Origin: Amoebidium appalachense | Taxonomy: Eukaryota; Protista; Ichthyosporea | Assembly: GCA_963693365.1 (NCBI GenBank) | Contig: CAVNZM010000004.1 | Location: forward strand, 9,266,468-9,330,467 | DNA: 64,000 bases | Reading direction: 5' to 3' | Shown here: positions 25,602 through 48,314 of the stretch, piece by piece | Numbering within the stretch: position 1 is the first letter of the stretch | How the letters are laid out: each line of letters starts with the position of its first letter | Notes under the pieces: model-generated | The model's input: only the letters and a program-made list of their open reading frames with translations | The model's database searches: none | What the model was told of the DNA's origin: nothing | Position numbers and translations under genes: made by a program

Positions 25602-26087
25602 CACACCCACGCCATGTCTTCTTCTTACCACCACCACCCCTCACACAGATACAAGGGTGTCATTGCCCCCACTGACAGCCGCTATCGTCCCGACCTGCAC
25701 CTATATGAGGAGGTATGTGCAAACCACCCTATCTGATTGTTTAAATTTTGTGCATCCCACCCATCTGATTGGTTAAAGGGGTTTCTTTTAGGCCGATTTA
25801 CAGGCCCTTTCAGGTCAGGTCAAAATGCTGTTTGACACGCATCTTGCCAATCATAAATCGTAAATTGCTTTTGGGCCTGACCAGACCCGTGTATCTAAAA
25901 GAAACCCCCCTTACTATGTGTGCATTCCACCCGTCGGATTGGTTAATGTTGGTGCATCCACCCATCTGATTGGTTGAGTGGATGTGCATTGCACCTGTCC
26001 CCCCATCTTCTTGGCTAGTTACACTCGCTTTGCGGCTCAGAGGTTACACGATCGATACACATGCACTAATCCCCCCTCCCCCCCCCC

Positions 26088-26118
<31 letters not shown>

Positions 26119-26379
26119 ACATACATACATTCAGTTACCTACTCATCTCCCCCCCCCTCCCCTCTCCCCCCTCCCCCAGAAAAAAAAATTGAATATTAAA
26201 TAAAACGCTAACGTTAACTCGTATTCCGACATGAAACCCTTTAACCATATCTTATTGCATGGTTACTAACTTAGAATTTGTCCAGGGCAATCTTGACCAG
26301 GCGCAGGACGAAAAGACGAGGTTGGAGGAGAAGCAGAGGGCTGTGAGAAGGGCCCGCGAGGTACGTGCCTGCCCCCCCC

Positions 26380-26410
<31 letters not shown>

Positions 26411-26613
26411 ACCACCACCACCACCACCACCACCACCACCCCATCTTCCCCCGACCCCCCCCCCCCCCCCCCCCCCCCCTCCCCCTCCCCTTCGAATACA
26501 CACACACACACACACAGATACAGACACAGACACAGACACACGCACACACACAGGCGTGCCATTTACGCCATTTCATCCCTGTTCCCTGTTACCCTCTCCA
26601 TCGTCGTCCGTTG

Positions 26614-26692
<79 letters not shown>

Positions 26693-26995
26693 CCCTGCCC
26701 CCCCCCTCCCTCCTCCCCCCCTCCCCGCCTTCTCCCCTGGGTGGCCTCATTGTTCGGTTACTGTACATGCCAAATAGCACAATGTTCATCCGTCAGTATG
26801 CGCACGTGTCTGATCACGCATACATGCTTGCTGGTTACTAGTTGCTTAAGTGTTTGCCTGGAAACTTACCCTGAGATCCAAGGAGCAAAAAAAGAAGGCA
26901 TATACCCCCCCCCTCCCCTCCCCCCTCCCCCCCCCCTCTCCTTCCTCCCCTTACCCACCTGTTCATCGTTCTCAAACGCATACAAAGTTTTGCTC

Positions 26996-27038
<43 letters not shown>

Positions 27039-27090
27039 ACACACACACATGCACATACGGTTTCCCCCTGTACACACCTGTCAGCACGTG

Positions 27091-27186
<96 letters not shown>

Positions 27187-27366
27187 CACAAACACACACG
27201 CGCACACACACAGGCGAGAGGAGAGGAGTGGACACCCCTTTGGTTCGAAGAGCAAAAAGACAAGGACCTCGGTACTGTGTGTTGGATGTTGAGTCTCTCT
27301 GAGAGCAGAGATTATTGGGCACACCGCAAGAGCAAGGATTGGAAAGGAAGCCCGGACCTGTACTGA
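12234..27366 (+). CDS. OSBP: Oxysterol-binding protein-related protein (PH - coiled coil - FFAT - ORD), 19 exons
   Basis: Exons: 12234-12332, 13377-13484, 14058-14298, 15265-15345, 16362-16566, 17228-17331, 17964(or 17949)-18115, 18926-19024, 19517-19612, 20260-20339, 21363-21459, 21833-21949, 22655-22753, 22915-23016, 24374-24467, 25101-25203, 25649-25712, 26286-26360, 27214-27366, all phase-compatible. Motifs: N-terminal PH, FFAT EFFDAVD (18023-18043), [43 protein letters not shown], EKxRLEEKQR. The exact paralogue is not assignable. Confidence 0.95.
12557..12839 (+). mobile_element. Intronic dispersed repeat, full-length copy A (structured-RNA 5' part, poly-C after the 3' end)
   Basis: Aligns end to end with the reverse complement of 35507-35756 (shared CCTTGCyTGCATAAGCAACCCTGCTCGTCT, GGTCGAAACTC, CCCTGAGGATGGGCTCTGCTTAT, GTACTTCGTAC, GCATTCAAAC+Cn). 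Confidence 0.8.
14565..14666 (+). mobile_element. Intronic repeat copy B (5'-truncated)
   Basis: Near-identical to 12737-12838 and followed by poly-C. Confidence 0.85.
15921..16063 (+). mobile_element. Intronic repeat copy C (5'-truncated, short internal deletion)
   Basis: Near-identical to 12682-12839 apart from a short internal deletion; C-runs on both sides. Confidence 0.85.
17684..17935 (+). repeat. Tandem minisatellite, ~63-bp unit x4
   Basis: Unit (ACGG)TATTCTGACTTATTCATAC...CAGTTTTACG...TTTATCAC starts at ~17684, 17747, 17810 and 17872. Units are homologous along their whole length. Confidence 0.9.
20450..20696 (+). repeat. (GTGC)n tetranucleotide microsatellite
   Basis: About 250 bp of GTGC units with occasional GT interruptions in an OSBP intron. 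Confidence 0.95.
22025..22098 (+). mobile_element. Intronic repeat copy D (3' fragment, diverged)
   Basis: ACTCTTTGTGTGGTT...TGTGTACTTT...GCAATCTAAC followed by a C-rich tract; matches the reverse complement of 37225-37312. Confidence 0.55.
25776..25910. mobile_element. PIF/Harbinger (Tourist)-type MITE, ~135 bp
   Basis: 14-bp perfect inverted repeat GGGGTTTCTTTTAG (25778-25791) / CTAAAAGAAACCCC (25895-25908), TTA on both flanks, and an internal inverted pair GGTCAGGTCAAAA / TTTTGGGCCTGACC. It interrupts a ~33-bp degenerate tandem repeat (TGTGCATCCACCCATCTGATTGGTT). Confidence 0.65.
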
Positions 27367-27575
27367 TTCTTACACGCGCAACCAAACCACACACAACGGT
27401 CAACCCGGTGCTGAACCAATTTACTCGTGTAGGTTTTTTTTTATTGTTTATTGGGCGGAAGGAGACATGTGGAAAGGAATGACAAAGCTCTTATTAGCCC
27501 TCAAAGTCGGAGGATTGAGATGGGCAAGGGGTGAATTTAGAATGTGTTATATAGAGCGCGAGGTACATATTCCCG

Positions 27576-27625
<50 letters not shown>

Positions 27626-28407
27626 ATAGAATGCTTGGAAACGGGTTTTGTTTTGTGCCATCAGTGTGGTGTATAGTGGACACAGTTACCAAAACTGTGC
27701 TGTTCCCCAGGTATCGCCAAAATGGGGGGGGGGGAGAGGGGGGGCTGTTTTTGTCGCATGCCATAGCTCTCATTAGCATAACATAGCTGTTATTAGCATT
27801 ACATGCGGACAGGTCATTCGGCTCGTTGTGGCTCCAATATTAATATGTGGGGTGGCATATCACAAGCTGCACACGTGCAAAAACCTTAATTGCTGCTGAA
27901 ATATCACAATTCATGTCTCTGTCTTTTCTGTATTTTCCTCAAAGCAAATATTTTTGCCGGTTTTCGTTCAATCTAAATTAGAGCACTGTGAACAGACATA
28001 CCATGTGAATAGATGTGCTTTTAGTTCCTGTTTGACCATAGGAACTCTTCAAATAAATTATAAAATGACTGCACCAATTGAATCCGCTGCATGGTTTGTT
28101 CATAAAACCAACGTGTTATGATAAAAGAAATTTTGTGGTAAGAGACGGCATCAATCACAGCATTCAGAAGAAAGGTTGACTACTAGTGGACACCTTAAAC
28201 CCCCCCCCCCCCCCCCAAAAAAAAAAAAAAAAAAAAAAGGAAAAGAAAAACCCCACCCACCAACGCACCCACCCATTCGAGACACCTTTAACCCCCCCCC
28301 TCCCCCCATACCCCCCTCCGATTCAACCACCACTACTACCACAACAACAAAAAAAAAAAATCCTAAGGCTCTCAAATTTGTTAAAGAAAGAGCAGGCGCA
28401 CACCCCA

Positions 28408-28644
28408 CTAGGACGTGATTGGGCCGAATCCTTCCAAATCCTCCGTGTGTTCGATGGTGTGTGACGTCATCTTGTGGGTGTCGACAAAATGAAACAACCC
28501 GCGGAACCCGGCATTTTGGAACACCAGTGGATACCTGTGCACAGGTATATATATCAACGTTAGGCAACATGGTTAACACTTTGGTGCATTCATACACGTG
28601 TGTGTGTGTGAATGCTCGTGCCGTGTACGTGTGAGTGGCGGTCT

Positions 28645-28687
<43 letters not shown>

Positions 28688-29097
28688 GGTGACGGTGGGT
28701 GGGTGGGTGCGGGTGCAGTTCCTATGTGTGTGTTTGTGTGTGCGCGAAATATACATTTTCCGTGTGCTAGGTGATGATTGTGCGTACGTGCTTAAACATG
28801 CGCGTCTCGATTACAGGGGTGCCTGTCGCAAAGGGAAAGTGCTGGGCTTCGAAACCGGGTTGTCTTTTTTTTTTTTTTGGTTTTGTGGAAGGGGGGTTGG
28901 TGGTGGTGGTGGTGCTGGCGAGCGGTGGCGGCGGCAGAAGCAGGGGGAGGAGGAGGGAGGGGGAGGAGGATGGGGGGATAACAAGATAAGAAGGTGTGCC
29001 GACAGAGGGCAGAGGGGGGACCAGGGTTGTTTTAACCCCAGAGTTGAGAGTGGGGAGGGCTTGGGGGGCCAGAAGGGGTGTGTGTGTTTGTGTGTGT

Positions 29098-29158
<61 letters not shown>

Positions 29159-30351
29159 TGAGGAGGGATTTCAGGTGGGAAAGGGGTAGTGAACTTCAGA
29201 AAGAAGGGGATTGCTTGGGAGGAGGGGAGGGAGTACCAAAGGACGTCGTCAGCCCACATTTTTTCGAACGGCACTTTGTCTAGGGGGAACCACTCGGGAG
29301 CCATCTCGTCTGTCTCCACCGGTGCCCCCTCATACCTGTTGAGCCCTCCCCATGTAAATGTGTGATGTCCTGAACTTATGCGCAGGAGGGGGGGGGGGGT
29401 AAGCAGGCACTCAGATACGCACACACACACACACACACACACTCAAAAACTGTGTACAGTATGTATTAAGATAAACACACACACGCACACACGCACGCAC
29501 ACCTACACACATGCACATTCCCTCTCTCTCCACCCCAACCGCCTCCCCCCCCCCACCTCTCTCCCAACCCCCCCCCCCCCCCCCCCCCGACCCCAGGTCC
29601 CGCACTCCCTCCTGCTCCCCCTCCGTCCCTCGCCCTCTCTTTCCCTCCCTCTCCTTCTTCCCCCCCCCCCCACAAGCCTTCTGTTAATTCAACCCCCCTT
29701 GACCCTTTTGATATCTTCTTTCACAGTAAAGCTCTCCACATCTAATGTGTGAGCCGTTTACGCGCTAAGTTATTCCTGGATAGTTATCACCAATTATTGC
29801 ATGCATGTGAGTGCCCGAACTACGTAACCTTAGTTATGTCATTCAGATAGTTCAGTGCTTCTGTTCATGAGAAAATGCCACTAAACCCTCCTTTGTGAAA
29901 GCACATAGTTTAGTTGAGGGCGGATAATTAAAAGCCTATCTCGCACGAGGGTTAAATTATTGAGCTTTTTTGTTTGTGTATGTGATTGGTGGGTTTTCAC
30001 TCACTCTGTACAAGTAAATAGGTGTACCTCCCATGGCTCGTGGGGTTTTTCCAAAAACACAAAATAAAGCAGGCCCCTCTTCTTTAACTGTGGGTGTAGG
30101 TCAGTACAGGAATATTTCCAAAATAGGCAAAAACCAGGGATTGGACGAACGACAATGATATTTACAAGATGACTCGGGGAGGGGAAGGGGGGGGGGGGGG
30201 GGGGGAGGAAGAGGGGGGGAGGGGGTATCTCCTATTCCTATCATTTTACGCCAGCGTCTCTATGTCTCTCCCTCTCTCTTAGTCTCTCTCTCTTATCTCT
30301 GCCCCTCTCCCCCCCACCCCTGTCCCTTTATTCCTTCCTCACCTCCTCCTC

Positions 30352-30395
<44 letters not shown>

Positions 30396-31315
30396 ACACA
30401 CACACACAGACACACACCCCTCTCTCTATCCCTATCTCCCTCTCTTTCCCTTCCCTCCCCTCTCCTCGATCCCTCCCGCTATTCTCTCCACCCCCCTCCC
30501 CCCCTCCCTCCCCCCTCCCCCCCCAAAAGCTCATGTTATCACGTTTTCTCATCCCGTGCTCCAAGACATGGTGACTGAAAGTTACGGTGGAGTTGTGCAG
30601 AACTCGTATGTGCGGGTAAGAAGTGAAGCCAGGGCGAAGGTTGTGTGGAGATCACTGATCTTGCGAGGGAAGAGGTGCGGAAAGATCACGGGTGAGCAAG
30701 GAAAAGATGCAAAAAGCAGACCAGGGAAGAGAGCATCAGAACATGTACGCTGACAACGGTAATTGAGAAATAATGGGTGGGGAAGATGGGGCCGGGGGTG
30801 CGAGGACAGCGAACGGCACAGAAAGTGTGGCAAACTATGGATAACAGAGAAGTGCAAGAGAAAAGGCAGGGACATTCACGGAGAATAGCCATGGAGGAGG
30901 ATCCCACCCAAAAAGAGGGGGGGGGGGGGGGGGGGGGATGAAGAGTTGGAGGGTTAGCGAATAACCATGAAGGGAGATCCCACCCAACTTGATGGCTCGG
31001 GGGGGGGGGGGGAGGCGGGTGACCTTGAAAAGGTTAAGCGAGCAATTATGACCGACAAATAAGGGCCCAAGATTCACAACCAACCCTTTGCAGACAGGCA
31101 GCACATACCTCTTTAGCAACTATCCCCGCCTCCTCTGTCAACTCTCTATGTGCGGCTTGTAAAACTGTCTCTCCCTTCTCAACCTTCCCACCAAACCCAT
31201 TGTAGTAACCCTCTCCAAACCCACGCTTCTTCTTCCCTAACAAGACAGCTTTATCTCTTAGCACAAGCACTAGGGTGAGGATTTTGGTGGGGCGAAAGCC
31301 GGCTGGAAAGAACAT
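28408..31315 (-). CDS. NUDT1: 7,8-dihydro-8-oxoguanine triphosphatase (MTH1-type Nudix hydrolase), 4 exons
   Basis: Exons 31315-31109 ([41 protein letters not shown], Nudix box), 30087-30005 ([11 protein letters not shown]...EVHLF), 29335-29237 ([14 protein letters not shown]...[10 protein letters not shown]), 28534-28408 (YPLVF...FRGLFHF...stop). MTH1-specific motifs are present. Confidence 0.93.
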
Positions 31316-32485
31316 TCCCGCACTTTACTGTTTTAGACAGATACCAAGTCTGCACAGGCTCTCGTGTACTCGTACACGTGTTTCTTTCTATTCTATGAAC
31401 GTCTTCGCTTTGCAGTCACACTGGAAACCTTCCTATTCTATCAGTGCAAGGGTATCTGGAAACCTTCCTGTTCAATTTGCAAGGTATGGGGAATGTGGGA
31501 GTGGTGAATTCCCGAGGTTTGACGTGACGAAACCTCGGGAGTGCATGCATCATCGATTCGCCCAAGTTTCGCGCGGACCGTCTTCACGGAGCACCGACAC
31601 GCACGCACGTACACACACCATGTCACGTGACAGCCATGCATATGCATACACACGGCATGGGACACACGCACAAATACATGTGTACGTAAATATTGTGCGT
31701 ACAATAATGAGCCTTGATGGTGGTGGTGGTGGGGGGGGGGGGGGGGGGGGGGGGGGGGGAGCTACTGACGATTTATGGTCTCTGTGCAAAACTTCGAGAG
31801 TCCATATAAATGAAAACACAGCTTGTAGACGTAATATCATAGTACAGACACCCCTGAACCAGCAGGGCGAATAGAAAACAATTATGCATGTGCACACAGT
31901 GCAGTACAATTGTAATGATTCGGGTGGTAGGGTTTTTGATGAGTTCATTCATAATGGTCCGTAGATAGTCTTTGGTCTAGTACAAGACACAAATTACACA
32001 ATCACGGACAACTGCACAAAAGGTATTGGAAAATTAAGCTCCGAAATCCGGCTTGACTAAAGAACACCATTTGCTTGTACGCAAGTGCTCATGGCATATC
32101 TCAGTACTGTTGTCCCGATTTCAATGAAAAGATTTTAGCACAGTGATGAAAAGAACAACCCAACGCGACAAACAATCAAGTAGGTGACTAGCATAACGAA
32201 AAATCAGAAGAACTGAAATTCTACATACTGTATCCCACAACAAAGCCTATGAATTCGGCTATTCTTGGGCCTGTCAGTGAGGCTTTTCGGACACCCCTAA
32301 GGCTTAGCCTTACACGGACGTGTAAGAACATCGTTTAGTAAAAATTCACTGTAATTTCGGCAAAAAAAAGAAGGAAAATCCACAATATTCTGCTGCTCGT
32401 TAGACATTTCGGTAAAAACAAAAGACTACATCATAAAATCTTCGCGTGAGTGGCCTCATTAAACATCATTTTTCTTGATCCACAA

Positions 32486-42553
<10,068 letters not shown>

Positions 42554-43569
42554 GTTTCAATAGCGTATAATATAAGCGCCACACTACTGAAAGGTTTATT
42601 CTCCCTTTTGTTGTTTGTCTTCTGGAAAAAAACACAAGGTGCTTCAGTTTGCAATCAGGACAATTTTGATTCGTACGAAACAGCAGATCTTCCACTGACA
42701 CACACCTCCACTGACTCGAAAAACAAACCCCAAAAAACCGAAACAGAAAGCCGCCTTGATAGGTAAACTAATGATATCTAGCATTTACAACTCATTCATC
42801 AGAACATTTTTATACTGCGATTTTGGGGTAGAGTCTGTGTTCGCTCGAACTTCTGGATCGGAAGCCTTGGCAACGAAACTTCGGTGGACACAGGTGAGCC
42901 TGGGCACCAAGTGGCCAAAACGCAATCTCGGAGATTCCAAAATTATGTAAATTGTTATTTACCAAAGGCGCAAATTAGGCTTGTGGGGGTTCACTGAATC
43001 ATACTTCCCACCCCATGCGGCCCAATATGGTACATCCGTATGTGGCAGTTTTATTATGATAGCCGTAGAAATGCATAAAGACGTTGCTTTTAAACTCTAA
43101 TCTGAATGAGAATGCCACATAGAGGTGGCAGCTGCGAATAACAATGCATCTGTTACAACGGTGTACGGGCCGCTGGGACATTAATAGCATACATGTACTG
43201 TCGTGAATGATTCGGGACCCACCCTAATTCATTTTGTCGCAATTTTCAAACTTTTGGAGCCATCTTTCGTTATTATTTGCCGAAAAGCACTGGCGGTGCG
43301 TGGCTAGCCAATCAAGCACAGCTTCAGGCCGAGAAACCTCGGGTGTTGTCATAAATGCAGTCACAGTTCAGTCTGGGCAGGGCTGGCAGATGCACGCCTG
43401 AGGCTCGATGCAACAGCTGGTCACCGGTTGAGGTGGGCCACGATCAATTATTACATAGCCTCTGCCAGGGCTCATATTATCTGTTAAAGGGTGGGGAAGG
43501 GGGGCCCTTTTAAAGTCGCAGATCCTATTTCCCCCCCCCCCCCCCCCCCCCCCCTCCCCCCCCCTCCCC

Positions 43570-43662
<93 letters not shown>

Positions 43663-44189
43663 CACCACCACCACCACCAACACGGCCTTCCTCCTTCTCG
43701 GAGCCACATGTTGCCGCACCACCATCTTCACGACCTATAGTCACCTAAAAAGAAAAACAATGTTCCTGCAGGTTCGTTATTAAAACTCAGATTCTCGATA
43801 TCGTGGTCGTGCCATGAACTCGTTGATTAAACATTAAAATCTAATACCTTAATAGAATCTAATATTGCTCTATGGGTACTCATCTTTATTAGGTCTGACT
43901 GCTGCAACATTCTGTGTGGCTGCTACACTCTCTCTAACATCATCATTTTGCCTGTCCTATTATCATAGTATCTTTACACCCAATAATACCGTCCAAATAA
44001 GAGGCCTGTTCCATGCTGCTCAGGCTGGTACCAAATGAGAGTCTTACAGGGACGCTGATATTAAACAGCACCTTCTCCCATTACTAGCTTAACAGGCTTA
44101 ACTACCTCCACTAGACTCTTAGGATTTAGGTTAACGCTACACAGCTTCACCAATTTCCCTGCCACATTATTTTTACCTGCCATTTTCAT

Positions 44190-45294
44190 TTAAAGCAATA
44201 CGTACACGGCCAGAGAAAATACACCAACCAGCACCAAACACACAGACCAGGTGTGCAAGTGCAAGCCATGTGCCGAGGATACGGCCTCCTTGACCACCGT
44301 GTCGCCATCAGTGCCGTTGGGGGGAATTTCCTGTGTGTGGGTGTGCACGGGAGCATATCAATACTAATAGTGCTCGAACAGACCGTGATATGCCCAATAT
44401 GTTGATCGTAAATCAGCCATATATTGGGGGGGGGGGGGGAGGGGGGGGGGGGAGGGGGGTAGGGAGGGGGGAGGGAAGGGGGGGGGGGGGGGGGGGGGAG
44501 GGGGGGGAGGGGGGAGGGGAGAGGGGGTGACAGGCAGCTCAGTTGCGGTATTCATTAATGGCGAAATGCCGAAGACAAGGAGGAAAGTTAAGAGTGAGGA
44601 GCCGGGCAGGCGGGACTGGAATTGGGGTTTGGGAAGGGGAGAGGGGAGGGGGGGGGGGGGGGGGGGTTGAGTGGCTGGAGCATCTGGGTGTGTGTCAAAT
44701 TTGTGGCAGCAGCGACAAAAAGGGAATGGGAAGAAAAGTGGAGCCTACAACCAGCAGATTATATGGAAAGCACACATAAAAGACTGTGGGAAGGGGGTGA
44801 GTGTGTGTGCTTGAGGGTGCTTGAGGGTGAGAGGGCTGGGGTTTTGGTGGCGTGGGTGATGGGGAGGGGGGAGGGGGTGGGAGGGGAGCTATTTGGTGTA
44901 GTGAGGGAGAAAGAGTTGGGTTGGGGGTGGGGGGGTGGGGAGGGGTGGGGGGAGGTGATGATACCCTGGGAGGAAGGATGGCAATCCATTTTTGGAGGAT
45001 GGCCGTGACGTTGTTTTGAACGGAAACAACGGCACTACGGAAGGGCTCGGGGTAGCTGGCAGGGAACTGGTGTCAAGAACGTCAGTATGTGGTTGGGTTT
45101 AGAAGGGGGGGAACTTCTGAGGTGGGGAAGGAGGAGACTGTGTGTGCTTGGGTGTGGGGTTGGAAAGAAAATGATACATGTAGTTGAAGCCTAATCCAGA
45201 AAGAACTAACTTAAAGTAATGCACATTGAGAGCAGATGAGGCAAGTACAATGTACCATGTACACCACACACACACGTACGCACACAAGCACGCA

Positions 45295-45355
<61 letters not shown>

Positions 45356-45486
45356 ATTGCACGTACCTGCATCATATCATCACAGTGTGCACCCCCAGGA
45401 ACCACAAAGCTGTATTGCTCTAAACTTGCATCCTCTTGGCCGGGCAGAACACTCAGTGGGGACCAGGGATCTGTGTGTGCACGAAT

Positions 45487-45562
<76 letters not shown>

Positions 45563-46342
45563 ATGTGTTTGTGTGTCTGCACCGTGTGTGTTCCCACCAG
45601 CACGTGTGTGCATGCAGGAGTAGGTGTGCATATGCATGTGCAAGTGTAAGCCTTTTCGTTTGGAGTGTTGGCAGGAGGATAAGAAGATGAGATGCACTTC
45701 CGGGCAAACCCCTCAGAGAAAATGTTGGAAAAGAAAGGGAAGGGGGTGAGGGGGTGGTGGTGGTGATGGTGGTGGTGGGGGTGGGGGTGGGGGGGGGGGG
45801 GGGGGGGAAGAGGGTACGGTTCCGTTAGAAATGTGATGTCTCATGGGACTAGCCATTTCTTGTCTGAGAATGGCGCAACAAAATCTCAGTAACAGTCTTG
45901 TGTATTTTTTTTATCGGTCGAAATTTGGTCGGGTGTACATCGAACCCCATTTCACTACCCTAACCTTAAATAGACTGGAGTCAAAGATAACTTCAGTTAG
46001 TTCTTTCAATCTTTGAGACTGAATCAGAAGCTTTTCAGCCAATCTACGACTCCGAGTACACATTACTAACGAACAGAGAGCAAAGGTACCCATAACCATA
46101 AATGGAAATGGAATGCACAAACACATACCGTAGTCGCCGTTAACAAAGACCACTCGTGACGGTTTCAAGTTGCGCCCGTTGAATCGCGTGTTTGTCTCCT
46201 CTACCTTCTTTCTGCAAACAACATTTATCGGTGAATACGTGTCTGATTTAACTACTGACATTCATCCTCGTAGGGTTTACAGAACTCCTGGTTTCTTCCT
46301 TTCATTTGCATCTTTTTACTTTTTTTCATGTTAGTTTCCATG

Positions 46343-46398
<56 letters not shown>

Positions 46399-46545
46399 CC
46401 CCTCCCCCCCCCCCCCCCCCCCCCCCCCCGTCTTCAGCCTATGATTGGCCCTCTGCTTGGTCTGTTTAAAAAGGGGTGGGGGAGTGTTGTGAGCACCTGT
46501 GGGTTTGGGTTGCTGTGTGTGTGTGTGTGTGTGTGTCTCTGTGTG

Positions 46546-46581
<36 letters not shown>

Positions 46582-46588
46582 TGTGTGT

Positions 46589-46648
<60 letters not shown>

Positions 46649-47210
46649 TGTGTGAGGCATGTGCCTGACTGTTTAACAAAAATCCCAACTGGCGATGGTT
46701 TTATGACATCTGGCCACCTCTCTCGAGGAAGTTTTCTCCTTTCTCTCTTCCGAACGGGTGTGTGTGTACGAGTGTGTTTGTGTGCGCTCTTTTCTTTCCT
46801 TTTTTTCTTTTTTTTTGGAGGGCCAGAGGGGGGGAGGGGGGGGGAGGGGGGAGGGGGGGGGCAGCACATACGCGACATAGGCAGATGGGTTCTGGAACAA
46901 GAGAGCCTGATCCTCAACGGCATTATGCCCCTCTAGGGCCCTAAAGAACCCCTGGCAGTACTGTGCTGTAACATAGTGGATGCCGGCCCTTTCACCCCAC
47001 GGCTGGACTGAAAACTGCTCTAGCGTCTGTGAAATTTCAAAATATCAGTACACGCACTACGCACGCCGTCCGTGGTGGCACACGCTACTGGTAGAATTGC
47101 ACTTGTTATAACACTTACAAATGGTGCTCATGGAAATGGGGGAGAGGAGGGGCAGGGGGGGGTGGCAATACAAACTGAAACAACAATGGCAAATCCTCTC
47201 CCCCCTCCCC

Positions 47211-47244
<34 letters not shown>

Positions 47245-47807
47245 CCCCCCCTCCCTCCCTCTCTCTCACTCTCACTCTCTCTCTCTCTCTCTCCCCTTCC
47301 CCCCCCCCCCCCCCCCATTTCACGCTTCTACTCCAAATTGAATATGTGCTTGGGCTCGTGTTTTTGCACCCTCTAGATCTCTCCGTCCACCTGTAATAGT
47401 CGTCTATTGTTCACTCCTTTCAGTATCTCTCCTCTCTTTACATCTCTGTATGTATATGCCACCAATCTGATAGTGATCAAGGCACGGATAGTGGAATTAT
47501 CGGCTCTGCAGGTCAAGGTGGGTGAGGCAAGGTGGGGATATGGGGAGGGGGGTGGGGAGGTAGAGTGGGCGGCAGGGGGGGGGGGAGGGTTGGAGAGGAG
47601 GTAGGGAGGGGGGGGGGTGGACTGGGGGGCAGGGGGGGGGGTTGGGGAGCTCAGGGTGGGGGGGGGGGGGGCATATTCCCACCATCTGGTAACCAAATTC
47701 GTTGCATGTCTGCCAGAGCCAAGGGTCTGGCTGAAAACTCATTTGGGCGGCTGAGATGTGTGGGGATATGACCTGGGGTTGTGTGGTTTCGTTTTTTTTT
47801 TTTTTTT

Positions 47808-47838
<31 letters not shown>

Positions 47839-48259
47839 GGGATCAGGGAAGGAGGGGGGAGGGGGAGGGGGAGGGGGAGGGGTTGATTGTTGTGAGAGGA
47901 GAGCTGAAAAAGAACGAGGAGGGTGGGGGAGGGGGTGGGGGGGGGGGTGAGAGGTGAGTGGGGAAAGGGGATCCATAGTTTGGACAGCTATTCTCGAGCA
48001 TTTGGATGGAATAAAAATATCATGTAAGTGCATGCCTGAGCAAGTATTAGGCCTGATGAGCATACACACACACACACACATGCTCAAACACACGCGCACA
48101 TATGCACACAGCGCTTCACATAACAACATATCGCTAACATAAGCTCACACACACACACACTCTCTCTCTCTCTTCCCCTCTCTCTCGGTCTCTCTCTCCC
48201 TCCCCGTCACTCCCCCTCACCCACTCTCACACTTTCTCTCTCTCTCTCATTCTCTTTCT

Positions 48260-48314
<55 letters not shown>

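Noticed and set aside
43850-44189. Ty3/gypsy pol relic on the minus strand (GKNNVA, GRYYW, DDVRESV)
   Set aside because: The motifs are short, scattered over frames and lack the Cys/His ligands. The region starts right at the S28 stop codon and is adequately explained as 3' UTR.
47373-47506. Extra S28 exon ([14 protein letters not shown]...)
   Set aside because: The phase-0 reading from the acceptor hits a stop at once, and the flanking exons 47730-47683 and 47026-46872 join in frame without it.
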